Assembly (NCBI GenBank): GCA_902517505.1
Contig: CABYCL010000001.1
Span: forward strand, 93,006-157,005
Origin: an uncultured SAR86 cluster bacterium
Lineage (GTDB): Bacteria > Pseudomonadota > Gammaproteobacteria > Magnimaribacterales > D2472
DNA length: 64,000 nucleotides
Direction: 5' to 3'
The position numbers and the translations under genes are program-made. Positions 46,427-56,886 of this stretch are shown in pieces. How positions within the stretch are numbered: position 1 is the stretch's first letter; each line of letters begins with the position of its first letter. Under the pieces are notes generated by a model. It made no database searches and was not told where the DNA came from. It saw only the letters and a list, made by a program, of their open reading frames with translations.

Positions 46427-46653
46427 TTCTTTTCTAGTTCAGAAATTCTATTCTCAAGCTCATTAATAATTTTCTCAAGGTTTTTATATTTTGATTTCTT
46501 TATATACCCACTTTGATCAATTATTTTTTCAACTTGCGGTGATATTTTACTTTCTATATTAGATATAGCTTCTTTAGGTAACAATTTACTAATTGCTTTA
46601 AGCTCTTTTTCAATAATATTTTTGATTGCTTCCGAAAGATTTTTATCGTTCAT
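46423..46653 (-). CDS. ubiK: Coiled-coil protein, probable ubiquinone biosynthesis accessory factor UbiK (YqiC/BMFP family)
   Basis: 76 aa. The C-terminus ELENRISELEKN resembles E. coli UbiK LEQRISELENR. Size and heptad character fit. Confidence 0.5.
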   Translation of the reverse strand: MNDKNLSEAIKNIIEKELKAISKLLPKEAISNIESKISPQVEKIIDQSGYIKKSKYKNLEKIINELENRISELEKN

Positions 46654-47350
46654 ATTTATTTCTTATAATCTGTTCCAAATCATGCCAAGAAGAAAATTCA
46701 TCAGGTTTCTTAAAATCTTGAGCCCAACTAACATTATTATTATTAAACCATAGTGTATCTATGCCAAGATTATATGCACAAAAAATATCATTAATTTGAT
46801 GGTCGCCAATATGAAGAATATTACCAAATGAAATATTATTGACTTGCGAAATTGCCATATCAAAGTGAGCACGATTTGGCTTACTATCTTTTGCCTCAAG
46901 AGAACTTATAGAAAACTTAAAATACTTACCTATATCAAACTTATACACATCTGCATTGCCATTAGTTAGAACTCCTAAAATATATTTTTCTGACAAGTTC
47001 TTTATAGACTCTTTAACTCCATCAAACAATTTGATTTCATGTCTTTTCTCAATGAAGATGTCGAAAGCTTTATCTACAATTTCGTCTCTAAGATTTTCTG
47101 GAGTGACATGACTAAGTTTTTTTCTAAAAATCTCTTTTCTAAGTTTACTTATATCCCATTCTATAGTCTTATCTTCTCTAATTAGATCAGCACGAAGATT
47201 TATGAAGTCATTAAAATCTCCCCATTCAACTTCTCCAACTTTATTCTCAATCCATTCTCTGGTATCAACTTCAGCTTTCATGATGGTTGGATGGTTGTCC
47301 CAAAGGGTATCATCAAGATCAAAAGTTATCATTTTGATTTGCTTAATCAT
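46643..47350 (-). CDS. yigB: HAD-superfamily hydrolase (YigB-like)
   Basis: 235 aa with HAD motif I ITFDLDDTLW. Lies downstream of xerC, as in the E. coli dapF-yigA-xerC-yigB operon. Confidence 0.7.
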   Translation of the reverse strand: MIKQIKMITFDLDDTLWDNHPTIMKAEVDTREWIENKVGEVEWGDFNDFINLRADLIREDKTIEWDISKLRKEIFRKKLSHVTPENLRDEIVDKAFDIFIEKRHEIKLFDGVKESIKNLSEKYILGVLTNGNADVYKFDIGKYFKFSISSLEAKDSKPNRAHFDMAISQVNNISFGNILHIGDHQINDIFCAYNLGIDTLWFNNNNVSWAQDFKKPDEFSSWHDLEQIIRNKYER

Positions 47351-48243
47351 TTTTTAGCCCTAGGGTGAGATTGATCATAAATCTTTGCCAGATGTTGATA
47401 ATCTAATTTAGTATAAATTTGTGTTGTGGATAAAGAGCTGTGACCTAATAGTTCTTGGATTGTTCTGAGGTCGCCACTTGATTCAAGCATGTGAGTTGCA
47501 AAACTATGTCTTAGCATATGAGGATGAATCGGAGGAAGTCCTTGTTTAACAGCCATCTTTTTAAGCCTTAATTGAATACTCCTTACAGTTAATCTTGTTC
47601 CTTTAACATTTAAAAAAAGAGCATCCGTATCGCTTTGGAGTTTATCCCTTTCTTTTAACCAATCATTAATTGCATTTATTGCAAATCTACCCATTGGAAC
47701 CAATCTTGTTTTTGAACCTTTCCCGAGTACGCGTAAGAAAGATTTATTCTCTTCAAAATCATTTATATTTATATTTACAGTTTCTGAAACTCTTAATCCT
47801 GATGAATACATAAGTTCCACAATTGCCATGTCCCTAATCTCTATCATATTTGTTGGCTTAAAATTTAACAGTTGCTCAACATCCTCAGGTGACAAAACCT
47901 CAGGTAGATTGGTAGAAGATTTAGGAGATGTAACTAAATCAAAAGGTGAGGAATCTATTAGATTATTTTTTTTTAAAAATCTGAAAAATCCTTTTGCTGA
48001 TGATAAGTGTCTTTGAATGCTCCTAGGATTATTATTCTGAGAATAAAGACTTCCTATCCACGCAGAACAGGTTTCAGAATTAATTTGTGAATAATTTGAT
48101 ATATTTAAATCTTTTAGAAATGAATTAAGTTTTTTTAAGTCCCTTTCATAAGACCTAGAAGTATTATCAGAAAGATTTTTAACCTGTGATACAAATACCA
48201 AGTATTCTTTTATATCGTTAAGAATAAATGAATTATTGTTCAT
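47347..48243 (-). CDS. xerC: Tyrosine recombinase XerC
   Basis: 298 aa with the catalytic pattern R..HxxR..Y (HMLRHSFATH, LGHSSLSTTQIYT). The dapF-yigA-xerC context supports XerC. Confidence 0.88.
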   Translation of the reverse strand: MNNNSFILNDIKEYLVFVSQVKNLSDNTSRSYERDLKKLNSFLKDLNISNYSQINSETCSAWIGSLYSQNNNPRSIQRHLSSAKGFFRFLKKNNLIDSSPFDLVTSPKSSTNLPEVLSPEDVEQLLNFKPTNMIEIRDMAIVELMYSSGLRVSETVNININDFEENKSFLRVLGKGSKTRLVPMGRFAINAINDWLKERDKLQSDTDALFLNVKGTRLTVRSIQLRLKKMAVKQGLPPIHPHMLRHSFATHMLESSGDLRTIQELLGHSSLSTTQIYTKLDYQHLAKIYDQSHPRAKK

Positions 48244-48246
48244 AAA

Positions 48247-48867
48247 TTATCTTGCTAATTTTTTCTCCAAAACATCTCTAATATATTCAATAAAAGTAGT
48301 GTCTTCATCTCCAAGATATTTTGATCTATTAAAGCTACCAAGCATTAGCAGGCCTATTTCGTCACCCATGACTATAACAGCAACGACCATTGATCCAATT
48401 TTTTTGTCATTAAAAAGAAGATTCATCTTTTCAGATGATAAAGAACCACAATGAATAGCTCCTTTATGAAAAGAGAGCCCTGTTGATTTTTCAAGCTCAT
48501 CAATTTTTTTATTTTTGTGAAATTTAAGTAAAGGCTTATCTACTTTAAAGTCTTTACTAAAGCTTTTTTCTACCTCATCAATAATTTGTTTTTTTGTTCT
48601 TGATTCAAGTATTTGAAGGGTTAAATTTTTTGATTTATTAAAAAGATCTTCATTAATAGATGCTCTTTCCATAAAGGAAGTAAGCATATTTATAAGACTC
48701 TTATGATCTTCTCTCAATTTATTAACCTGTCTTTCAAGAATAGATGAAGCGGAGCTTGATGAGTGTTTGAAACTCATTTCACTTACTAGAGACTCTCTAG
48801 TCTCAAAAAAATCTAAATTGTCTAATAAGAATAGCTCTACCTCTTTAGAATCTAACTTTTTACTCAT
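48247..48867 (-). CDS. yigA: DUF484 (YigA) family protein
   Basis: 206 aa. Position between dapF and xerC. Coiled-coil plus GAF-like C-terminal half. Confidence 0.6.
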   Translation of the reverse strand: MSKKLDSKEVELFLLDNLDFFETRESLVSEMSFKHSSSSASSILERQVNKLREDHKSLINMLTSFMERASINEDLFNKSKNLTLQILESRTKKQIIDEVEKSFSKDFKVDKPLLKFHKNKKIDELEKSTGLSFHKGAIHCGSLSSEKMNLLFNDKKIGSMVVAVIVMGDEIGLLMLGSFNRSKYLGDEDTTFIEYIRDVLEKKLAR

Positions 48868-49642
48868 TGATATTACCCTTGTATATAAAACTTGCTGGAC
48901 CTGACATTAATATAACATTTTCAACTTTTTTAAAGATTAACTCTCCACCCATTGACTTAGTCTTCATGGATAATCCATCTTTAGACAAGAAATTTGAAGC
49001 TATACATAATGAGGCTGAGCCACATGACAAAGTTTCTCCAACACCATTTTCATATGTTCTTATATTAATCAGATCACCTTTCTTTTTATAAATTGATAAA
49101 TTTATATCTAATTTTTTAATGGTTGCTTCTAGATTTTTATATATTTTATTTAAATTAACTTTTTCTATAGATTCTTTTTTTATACAAAGATGGTTATTTC
49201 CTATGTTCAACATAAAAAAATCATCATTTATTTTATTTTTAACTTTAGTAGCAAGATTATTTCCTTCAAAAGTTTCTGGAAAATCTATTGTAACTGTGAC
49301 CATATTATTTTTTTCAGGAGTACAAATAATATTTTTAGATTTTGTTTGTATATTAATTGCTTTCTTTGGAGCAAATTCATTATTCCATATATAACTTGAT
49401 GCGCATCTAATACCATTAAGACACATCCCGGCTTCGGAACCATCAGCATTAAAGAATTTAATAAAAAAATCTTTATCATCTTTTGTTGGAAGACAAATAT
49501 TTATAAGTTGGTCAAAGCCTATTCCTTTATTTCGATCAGATATTCTTGTTATTAAGTTTTTGTTAATCTTTGTTTTGACTTCAATAGAATTAATAATTAC
49601 AAAATCATTTCCATTGCCATGCCATTTTTCAAAATCAATCAT
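48860..49642 (-). CDS. dapF: Diaminopimelate epimerase
   Basis: 260 aa with WHGNGNDF and two catalytic Cys contexts (MCLNGIRC, SCGSAS). Confidence 0.88.
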   Translation of the reverse strand: MIDFEKWHGNGNDFVIINSIEVKTKINKNLITRISDRNKGIGFDQLINICLPTKDDKDFFIKFFNADGSEAGMCLNGIRCASSYIWNNEFAPKKAINIQTKSKNIICTPEKNNMVTVTIDFPETFEGNNLATKVKNKINDDFFMLNIGNNHLCIKKESIEKVNLNKIYKNLEATIKKLDINLSIYKKKGDLINIRTYENGVGETLSCGSASLCIASNFLSKDGLSMKTKSMGGELIFKKVENVILMSGPASFIYKGNINE

Positions 49643-50873
49643 TTAGATCTATCTCATTTTTAATTAGATCTTCAAACGTTTCTCTTGTTCGTACTATATT
49701 AAATTCTTTTCCATCTACGAGTACCTCAGCTGAACGCATTCTTGAGTTATAGTTTGAAGACATTACAAACCCATAAGCACCAGCTGTTTTAATTGCAAGA
49801 GTATCTCCCTCACCAGCATTAGTATGTATGTCTTTTGCAATAATATCTGACGATTCACATACTGGGCCAGCTATTATCCAGGCTTTAGAGTTACTATCAT
49901 CTTCTTTTAAGCTCCATACGTCATGTTTAGCTTTATATAGTGCAGGTCTTAAAAGATCATTCATAGCAGCATCCACTATAAGGAAGTTATCTTTTATGTA
50001 TTCAACTTTTGTTAGCAATATTCCAGCATTTCCAGAAATACTTCTACCTGGTTCAAGGATAATTCTTTCTTCCATGTCTTTTAATTCTTCTTCAATTATT
50101 GAAATTAAGTCTTGAGGTGATGGAGTATCATCTTGTTCATATGGAATTCCAAGTCCTCCACCTAGATCTAGAAAATCTAACTCGTTACCTAAATCTTTAA
50201 TTTTAAATGAGAGATCTTTAATATTTTTTGCTGTTAGTTTGTAACTCTGAAGATCTAATATTTGAGATCCAATATGACATGCTAAACCAACAAGCTTTAG
50301 ATGATTTGATTTATAAATATATTTAGCTATTTTTAAGACAGACTCCTCTGAGGATATCCCAAATTTATCTCCTTTTCTCCCAGTTTTTATATATTCATGC
50401 CCACCAGAATCAACTTCTGGATTAAACCTTATGGCAACATTTGCAACTTTATTTTCAGAAGACGCTATTTCTTCAATTCTTTTTATCTCAGATTCAGATT
50501 CAATGTTAAATGATAGAATTTCATATTTAATGCCCATAAGAATTTCATCATGAGATTTACCAACCCCACTAAAAATTATTTTTTTAGGATCGGCTCCAGC
50601 ATGCAATGCTCTTTTCAGCTCCCCTCCTGAAACAACATCAAAACCACAACCTTTTTTATTAATTAGTTCAAGTATTGAAATATTGCTTAGAGATTTAACA
50701 GAAAAACAAATAAGATTTTTATGTGATTTAAAAGCATTTTTATATACATCCACATGCCTCTCTAGAGTTTTTTTTGAATAGACATAAGTTGGAGTTCCGC
50801 ATTCTTCAACTATTTCTTGAAGATTAACGTCTTCACAATAAAGCTTCTTATTTTTATATGCAAAATAGTCCAT
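49635..50873 (-). CDS. lysA: Diaminopimelate decarboxylase
   Basis: 412 aa PLP fold-III decarboxylase with FSVKS, GGGLGIPY and EPGRS motifs. Confidence 0.92.
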   Translation of the reverse strand: MDYFAYKNKKLYCEDVNLQEIVEECGTPTYVYSKKTLERHVDVYKNAFKSHKNLICFSVKSLSNISILELINKKGCGFDVVSGGELKRALHAGADPKKIIFSGVGKSHDEILMGIKYEILSFNIESESEIKRIEEIASSENKVANVAIRFNPEVDSGGHEYIKTGRKGDKFGISSEESVLKIAKYIYKSNHLKLVGLACHIGSQILDLQSYKLTAKNIKDLSFKIKDLGNELDFLDLGGGLGIPYEQDDTPSPQDLISIIEEELKDMEERIILEPGRSISGNAGILLTKVEYIKDNFLIVDAAMNDLLRPALYKAKHDVWSLKEDDSNSKAWIIAGPVCESSDIIAKDIHTNAGEGDTLAIKTAGAYGFVMSSNYNSRMRSAEVLVDGKEFNIVRTRETFEDLIKNEIDLND

Positions 50874-50885
50874 TTTTATCTCAGA

Positions 50886-50972
50886 CTAGTAAAAGATTAT
50901 AGGTCCCTTAACCCCACAACCATATAGAATAATCAAAATAGAAAAGGCTAAGATTTTTTTATAGATATTCAC
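50886..50972 (-). CDS. lptM: LptM/YifL-like small lipoprotein (28 aa)
   Basis: Not in the ORF track. GTG-initiated MNIYKKILAFSILIILYGCGVKGPIIFY with lipobox L-Y-G-C and a GCGxKGP core like YifL/LptM. Lies immediately upstream of lysA-dapF, as in other gammaproteobacteria. Confidence 0.45.
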   Translation of the reverse strand: MNIYKKILAFSILIILYGCGVKGPIIFY

Positions 50973-50979
50973 AGCCCAT

Positions 50980-51003
50980 ATTATGAGCATAAATGCTCAT
51001 AAT
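50980..51003. repeat. Perfect 11-bp-arm palindrome attatgagcat-aa-atgctcataat
   Basis: Lies between the ahcY stop (51018) and the lptM-like start (50972). No U-tract follows on either strand. It could be a terminator remnant or a protein-binding site. Confidence 0.6.
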
Positions 51004-51017
51004 TTGAACTTTATATT

Positions 51018-52412
51018 TTAATATTTATAACTTTCTTCTTTGAAGGGCCCATCTTGAGGGACATTAATATAGTCTGCTTGATCCTGAGTAAGCTTTGTTA
51101 CAGTCCCACCAAAGCCTTCAACCATTAAACTTGCAACCTCTTCATCTAATTTTTTTGGAAGCACTTCAACAGTTATCATTTCGGCTCTTTTATCTGCATC
51201 ATTTACATTAGCAAAGCCTTGTTTGTATAAATGTATTTGTGCCAGGACCTGATTAGCAAAAGAGCCATCCATAATTCTGCTAGGATGCCCTGTTGCATTT
51301 CCTAAATTAACTAACCTTCCTTCAGCAAGTAAGATTATGTAGTTTTTGCTCGAAAGATCAGGAGTTCCATCTGGAGCAGTATCTCTAAATACTCTATGAA
51401 CTTGTGGCTTAATTTCGTCCCAATAGTAATTCTCTCTCATGAAGGCTGTATCTATTTCATTATCAAAATGGCCAATATTACATACTACGGCAGTATTTTT
51501 AAGAGTACTAATCATTGCAGAATCGCAAACATTCACATTACCAGTTGTTGTTACTACTAAATCAGTATCACCCATAACAGCCATATTGATGTCATTAGGG
51601 TCTCTTGTAACGACCCCATCTTTATAGCAAGAAACAACTGAAAAACCATCCATACAAGCTTGCATCGCGCAGATAGGATCCGATTCAACAACACTCACGA
51701 TCATCCCTTCTTGAGCTAAACTCGCAGCAGAACCTTTACCAACATCACCGTAACCGATTACAAGCCCTTTCTTTCCAGAAAGAAGCATGTCAGTTCCTCT
51801 TTTAAGCGCATCATTAAGACTATGCCTACAACCATACTTATTATCATTTTTTGCTTTAGTAACTGAATCATTTACATTAATTGCAGGAACCTTTAGCTCA
51901 CCTTTCTCAAGCATCTCTTTTAATCTATGAACCCCTGTAGTAGTTTCTTCAGATACACCATGAATAGTTTCTAACATATCTGGAAACTTTGCATGAACCA
52001 TGGATGTAAGATCACTACCATCATCAAGAATCATATTTGCATCCCATGGATTTCCATCTTTGCATATTGTTTGTTCAATACACCATTCATATTCTTCATC
52101 AGTTTCACCTTTCCAGGCAAAAACAGGAATACCTTTCGCAGCCATAGCTGCAGCAGCATGATCTTGAGTTGAAAAAATATTACAAGAAGACCATCTTAAT
52201 TCCGCTCCTAGATCTATTAATGTTTCCATTAAAACAGCAGTTTGGATAGTCATGTGAATGCAGCCCATGATTTTAGCTCCTGCAAGAGGTTGTTCTGCTC
52301 TGTATTTATCTCTTAAAGCCATTAACGCTGGCATTTCATTCTCAGCAAGAGAGATTTCTCTTCTTCCAAATTCAGCAAGATTTATATCAGCTACTTTATA
52401 ATCATTTTCCAT
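51018..52412 (-). CDS. ahcY: Adenosylhomocysteinase
   Basis: 464 aa starting [24 protein letters not shown], with NAD motif GYGDVGKG. Confidence 0.95.
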   Translation of the reverse strand: MENDYKVADINLAEFGRREISLAENEMPALMALRDKYRAEQPLAGAKIMGCIHMTIQTAVLMETLIDLGAELRWSSCNIFSTQDHAAAAMAAKGIPVFAWKGETDEEYEWCIEQTICKDGNPWDANMILDDGSDLTSMVHAKFPDMLETIHGVSEETTTGVHRLKEMLEKGELKVPAINVNDSVTKAKNDNKYGCRHSLNDALKRGTDMLLSGKKGLVIGYGDVGKGSAASLAQEGMIVSVVESDPICAMQACMDGFSVVSCYKDGVVTRDPNDINMAVMGDTDLVVTTTGNVNVCDSAMISTLKNTAVVCNIGHFDNEIDTAFMRENYYWDEIKPQVHRVFRDTAPDGTPDLSSKNYIILLAEGRLVNLGNATGHPSRIMDGSFANQVLAQIHLYKQGFANVNDADKRAEMITVEVLPKKLDEEVASLMVEGFGGTVTKLTQDQADYINVPQDGPFKEESYKY

Positions 52413-52437
52413 TATATTTCCTTATTTTAATTAATAT

Positions 52438-53592
52438 TTATTGTGAAATTTCTGAAGCCTTATCAGTCTTCTCCCATGATAGGTCAATATCTGTTCTTCC
52501 AAAGTGTCCATATGCAGCAGTCGGAAGATAAATAGGTCTTTTTAGATCAAGCATGTTGATAAGACTCTTTGGCCTTAAATCGAACTTCTCTTCGACAATT
52601 TTTTCAATTGCTTCTTTAGAAATCTTTTCGCTATTAAACGTATTAACATTTATTGATGTTGGCTTTGCTACACCAATAGCATAAGAAACTTGTATTTCAC
52701 AGTAATCGGCTAAGCCAGCAGCAACAATATTTTTTGCAACATATCTTGCAGCATAAGCAGCAGAACGATCAACCTTAGATGGATCTTTCCCAGAAAAGGC
52801 TCCACCACCATGTCTAGCCATTCCTCCATATGTATCTACAATGATTTTTCTGCCAGTAAGTCCACAATCTCCAACAGGACCTCCAATCACAAACTTACCA
52901 GTTGGGTTAATATAGATATTTGTAGAATCTAAGATCCACTCTTCAGGAACTATAGGCTTGATAATTTTTTCCATAACCCCTTCTTTAATTTCTTCTTGAG
53001 TTACATCTTCATCATGTTGTGTTGAAAGTACTATTGCAGATAAACCTTCAATAGTTTTTCCGTCATCTGAATAAATTGCACTAACTTGGCTTTTTGCATC
53101 TGGCCTTAACCAAGATAACTCATTACTTTTCATTATGTCAGCTTGTTTTTTCACTAGTCTATGAGAAAGATCAATTGGAAGAGGCATTAATGATTCAGTT
53201 TCAGTACAAGCATAGCCGAACATCAATCCCTGATCTCCAGCTCCTTGTTCCAGATTTTCTCCTTCACCTTCAGTAACACCTTGAGATATATCAGGTGATT
53301 GCTCAAAAACAAGATTAGTAAATTCACAAGTATCGCCATTAAAACCATATTCGTCAGTGTCATAACCGATATCATTGATAGTTTTTCTAACAACAGGCTC
53401 TAAATCTGGGCTGCCTAATGATGTTATTTCACCAGCGATATAAACCATATTATTTTTAATCATTGTTTCACATGCAACCCTGCTATTTGGATCTTCTGCT
53501 AAGTATGCATCTAAAACTGCATCTGAAATTTGATCACAGACCTTGTCTGGGTGACCTGCGGAAACAGATTCCGACGTAAAAATATAACTCAT
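52438..53592 (-). CDS. metK: S-adenosylmethionine synthase
   Basis: Start re-called at ATG 53592 ([17 protein letters not shown]), preceded by [16 protein letters not shown] motif present. The track ORF extends to 53628. Confidence 0.95.
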   Translation of the reverse strand: MSYIFTSESVSAGHPDKVCDQISDAVLDAYLAEDPNSRVACETMIKNNMVYIAGEITSLGSPDLEPVVRKTINDIGYDTDEYGFNGDTCEFTNLVFEQSPDISQGVTEGEGENLEQGAGDQGLMFGYACTETESLMPLPIDLSHRLVKKQADIMKSNELSWLRPDAKSQVSAIYSDDGKTIEGLSAIVLSTQHDEDVTQEEIKEGVMEKIIKPIVPEEWILDSTNIYINPTGKFVIGGPVGDCGLTGRKIIVDTYGGMARHGGGAFSGKDPSKVDRSAAYAARYVAKNIVAAGLADYCEIQVSYAIGVAKPTSINVNTFNSEKISKEAIEKIVEEKFDLRPKSLINMLDLKRPIYLPTAAYGHFGRTDIDLSWEKTDKASEISQ

Positions 53593-53744
53593 ATTTGCTC
53601 TCCCTGAAACTTTTGAATATGACGACACTCTTTAAAAAAGAATTCGAGATACAATTTAACTACTTTATGTGAAAAAATTCAATTTTATCTATGCATTTCA
53701 TCTCAAAAACATTATTATCCTGTTAAGCAAAAGGGGAAAATAAT

Positions 53745-55733
53745 TTGCAAAAATCAGAACCAATAAATGCTCTAAGATTTTTATCTGCTGATGCTGTTCA
53801 AAAAGCAAATTCTGGTCACCCTGGAATGCCAATGGGGATGGCAGAAATCGCTACCGCTTTATGGAGCAAACATTTAAAACATAACCCTTCAAACCCAACT
53901 TGGTTTGATAGAGATAGATTTGTGCTTTCAAATGGTCACGGCTCTATGCTTTTGTATAGCTTGTTACATTTGACTGGTTATGATCTCTCAATTGAAGATA
54001 TTAAAGATTTTAGACAGCTTAAATCAAAAACACCAGGACACCCTGAATACGATATAGATATTGGTGTTGAAACAACTACAGGTCCATTAGGCCAAGGGAT
54101 TGCAAATGCTGTTGGCATGGCAATCTCAGAAAAGATTTTGGCAGCAGAGTTTAATAAAGATGACATAAGACCCATTGATCATTACACATATGTTTTTTTG
54201 GGAGATGGTTGTCTAATGGAGGGTGTTTCTCATGAAGCATGCTCTTTTGCAGCAACTCACAATCTTGGGAAATTGATTTGTTTTTATGATCAAAATGGAA
54301 TTTCAATTGATGGAGAAATAGATAATTGGTTCACAGATGATTCTGTTAAAAGGTTTGACGGTTATGGTTGGCAAACAATTTGCGTAGACGGTCATAGCGT
54401 TGAAGAGGTCAGTGAGGCTATTTCTATAGCAAAAGAAGAACCTAATAAGCCAACAATGATTTTTTGCAAGACGACAATTGGTTTTGGTTCACCAAATAAA
54501 TCAGGAACAGCTGATGTTCATGGAGCGCCTCTAGGAGATGAAGAAATTGAAAAAACAAGGGAGGCTCTAGGTTGGAATTATTCACCTTTTGAAGTTCCAA
54601 AAGAGGTATATGATTTTTGGGACTCTAAAAAGTCAGGAGCTGGTATAAATTCTATTTGGGATGATTTAATAAAAAATTATAAAGAAAAATATCCTAATGA
54701 GTCATTGGAATTAGAAAGAAGAATAAAAGGTGATTTACCAGAAAACTTTCAACAAAGCTTCCTTAATTTTCTTAATGATTGCAACTCAAATAATTCACCA
54801 ATGGCAACAAGAAAAGCTTCTAAAGCTTGTTTAGATTTTTTTGTAAAAGAGATGCCTGAGCTTGTTGGTGGCTCAGCTGATCTAACTCCTTCTAACAATA
54901 CCTTTTCAGCTTCAAGTTCTACATTTTCTAATGAGAATCCATCAGGAAATCATATTAATTATGGTGTTAGAGAATTTGGAATGTCAGCAATTATGAATGG
55001 CATGGTTCTTCATGGAGGCATTAAGCCTTATGGGGCAACTTTCTTAGTTTTTACTGACTATGCAAGGAATGCAGTCAGATTATCAGCGCTAATGGGTTTG
55101 CCAAATATATTTGTTTACACACATGACTCAGTAGCTTTGGGCGAAGATGGACCAACTCATCAACCTATTGAACATTTAGTTACTTTAAGATCAACTCCTA
55201 ACTTGAATAGTTGGAGACCTGCTGATCTCGTTGAGACAGCTGTTGCTTGGAATAATGCTGTGAGTTCAGCAACAACCCCTACGTGTCTTATTTTTAGCAG
55301 ACAGGGAACCTCAGCAATAGAGCGAACGCCTGAACAACTTTCTTCTATTAATATAGGCGGATATCTTCTTGAAGAACATGAAGACGCAAATATAACTATA
55401 GTTGCTTCTGGAAGTGAGGTTCAGCTAGCTATAGAGGCTTCGAAAGAGTTAAAGAGTGAATCAATTAATGCCAATGTTGTTTCAATGCCATGTTTGGATG
55501 TCTTTTTAAAACAAAGCAATGAATTACAAGATAAAGTTATTAACCCTAACAAACCAGTCCTTGTTATAGAATGTGCGCACCCTAACTCTTGGTATAAGAT
55601 TTTAAATAGAAGCGATAAAGTAATCGGTATGGAAACATTTGGAGAATCTGCGCCAGGAAGTGAATTGCTTGAACACTTTGGATTTAATAAAGACAATGTA
55701 ATTCAGGCAGCAAAATCACTAATCAATGATTAA
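53745..55733 (+). CDS. tkt: Transketolase
   Basis: 662 aa, TTG start after AAGGGGA. Motifs SGHPGMPMGMA and GDGCLMEG (TPP). Confidence 0.95.
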   Translation: MQKSEPINALRFLSADAVQKANSGHPGMPMGMAEIATALWSKHLKHNPSNPTWFDRDRFVLSNGHGSMLLYSLLHLTGYDLSIEDIKDFRQLKSKTPGHPEYDIDIGVETTTGPLGQGIANAVGMAISEKILAAEFNKDDIRPIDHYTYVFLGDGCLMEGVSHEACSFAATHNLGKLICFYDQNGISIDGEIDNWFTDDSVKRFDGYGWQTICVDGHSVEEVSEAISIAKEEPNKPTMIFCKTTIGFGSPNKSGTADVHGAPLGDEEIEKTREALGWNYSPFEVPKEVYDFWDSKKSGAGINSIWDDLIKNYKEKYPNESLELERRIKGDLPENFQQSFLNFLNDCNSNNSPMATRKASKACLDFFVKEMPELVGGSADLTPSNNTFSASSSTFSNENPSGNHINYGVREFGMSAIMNGMVLHGGIKPYGATFLVFTDYARNAVRLSALMGLPNIFVYTHDSVALGEDGPTHQPIEHLVTLRSTPNLNSWRPADLVETAVAWNNAVSSATTPTCLIFSRQGTSAIERTPEQLSSINIGGYLLEEHEDANITIVASGSEVQLAIEASKELKSESINANVVSMPCLDVFLKQSNELQDKVINPNKPVLVIECAHPNSWYKILNRSDKVIGMETFGESAPGSELLEHFGFNKDNVIQAAKSLIND

Positions 55734-56880
55734 TCTATCTTCAATAGATATAACAAATAAAAATCTTGTAATACGAGTTGATATGAATGTGCCAATAAAA
55801 GACGGCAATATTTTAGATGCTACAAGAATAGAATCTTGTATACCTACAATTAATTATGTTTTGGAAAACAATGCAAAAGTTTTATTGGTAAGTCATCTCG
55901 GTAGACCAATTGAAGGAAATTTTGATGAAAAATTTTCATTAAAGCCAGTTGCAGAATATTTAGGAACAATTATTAATAGGCCTTGTGAGTTAATTGCTAG
56001 CTTGGAATCTGATGAAATTTTTAATGGTGAAACAGATATTCAATTTTTAGAAAATATAAGATTTTTTAAAGGAGAAAAAGAAAATTGCCAAGAACTAGGA
56101 AATAAACTGGCTAGTCTAGGAGATGTATATGTTTTTGATGCTTTTGGGGCGGCTCACAGAGAGCAAGCTTCAACCCACTCAGCAATTAAAAGTGCGCCTA
56201 TAGCATGTGCAGGCCTTCTTTTAGAAAGAGAAAATGAATTTTTATCTCAAACGTTAAATAAATATGAAAGTCCATATGTAGCAATAATTGGAGGAGCAAA
56301 AGTTTCCACCAAACTTGAATTAATAAAACACATTAGTTCAGTCGCTGATTACATAATTGTTGGAGGCGGCATTGCAAATACTTTCTTGAAGGCTTCTGGT
56401 TTAAATATTGGGAAATCTCTTGCTGAAGATTCAATGATAGATATTGCAAAAGAACTACTTGGTAAAGGAAAAATAGTTTTACCAAATACAGTAATAACAT
56501 CTAAAACATTTGAGGGCGAGGATATAAAAGAAATTCCTATTAATAAAGTTTTAGACGAAGAAATGATTTTAGATGTTTATTTAAGTGATGAAACAGTTGC
56601 TTTAATAGAGCAAGCTAAAACCATTTTATGGAATGGTCCAATGGGCGTGTTTGAAAATGAAGCTTTTTCAAAAGGTACTAAGAATCTTTCAGAAGCAATA
56701 GCAAAATCCAAAGCATTTTCTTTAGCAGGCGGTGGTGAAACGTTGTCGGCAATTAATAAATATATTAAATCAGATGATGTATCATATTGTTCAACAGGTG
56801 GAGGAGCCTTTTTAGAATTTATGGAAGGCAAGATATTACCATCAATAGATGTTTTAAATTCAAAGGTTACAGGGAGCTAA
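55726..56880 (+). CDS. pgk: Phosphoglycerate kinase
   Basis: 384 aa with RVDMNVP, SHLGRP and STGGGA motifs. Confidence 0.95.
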   Translation: MINLSSIDITNKNLVIRVDMNVPIKDGNILDATRIESCIPTINYVLENNAKVLLVSHLGRPIEGNFDEKFSLKPVAEYLGTIINRPCELIASLESDEIFNGETDIQFLENIRFFKGEKENCQELGNKLASLGDVYVFDAFGAAHREQASTHSAIKSAPIACAGLLLERENEFLSQTLNKYESPYVAIIGGAKVSTKLELIKHISSVADYIIVGGGIANTFLKASGLNIGKSLAEDSMIDIAKELLGKGKIVLPNTVITSKTFEGEDIKEIPINKVLDEEMILDVYLSDETVALIEQAKTILWNGPMGVFENEAFSKGTKNLSEAIAKSKAFSLAGGGETLSAINKYIKSDDVSYCSTGGGAFLEFMEGKILPSIDVLNSKVTGS

Positions 56881-56886
56881 ATAAAA

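Noticed and set aside
47425-47433. Perfect DnaA box TGTGGATAA inside xerC
   Set aside because: It is an isolated intragenic 9-mer. About one chance occurrence is expected in 2 x 64 kb. It serves only as a caution on interpreting the single box upstream of dnaA.
53593-53744. Possible SAM or SAH riboswitch in the metK leader, or between metK and ahcY
   Set aside because: I could not recognise any SAM-I/II/V or SAH consensus by eye. The metK-ahcY gap is only 25 nt. A covariance-model scan (Rfam/Infernal) would be needed before calling anything.
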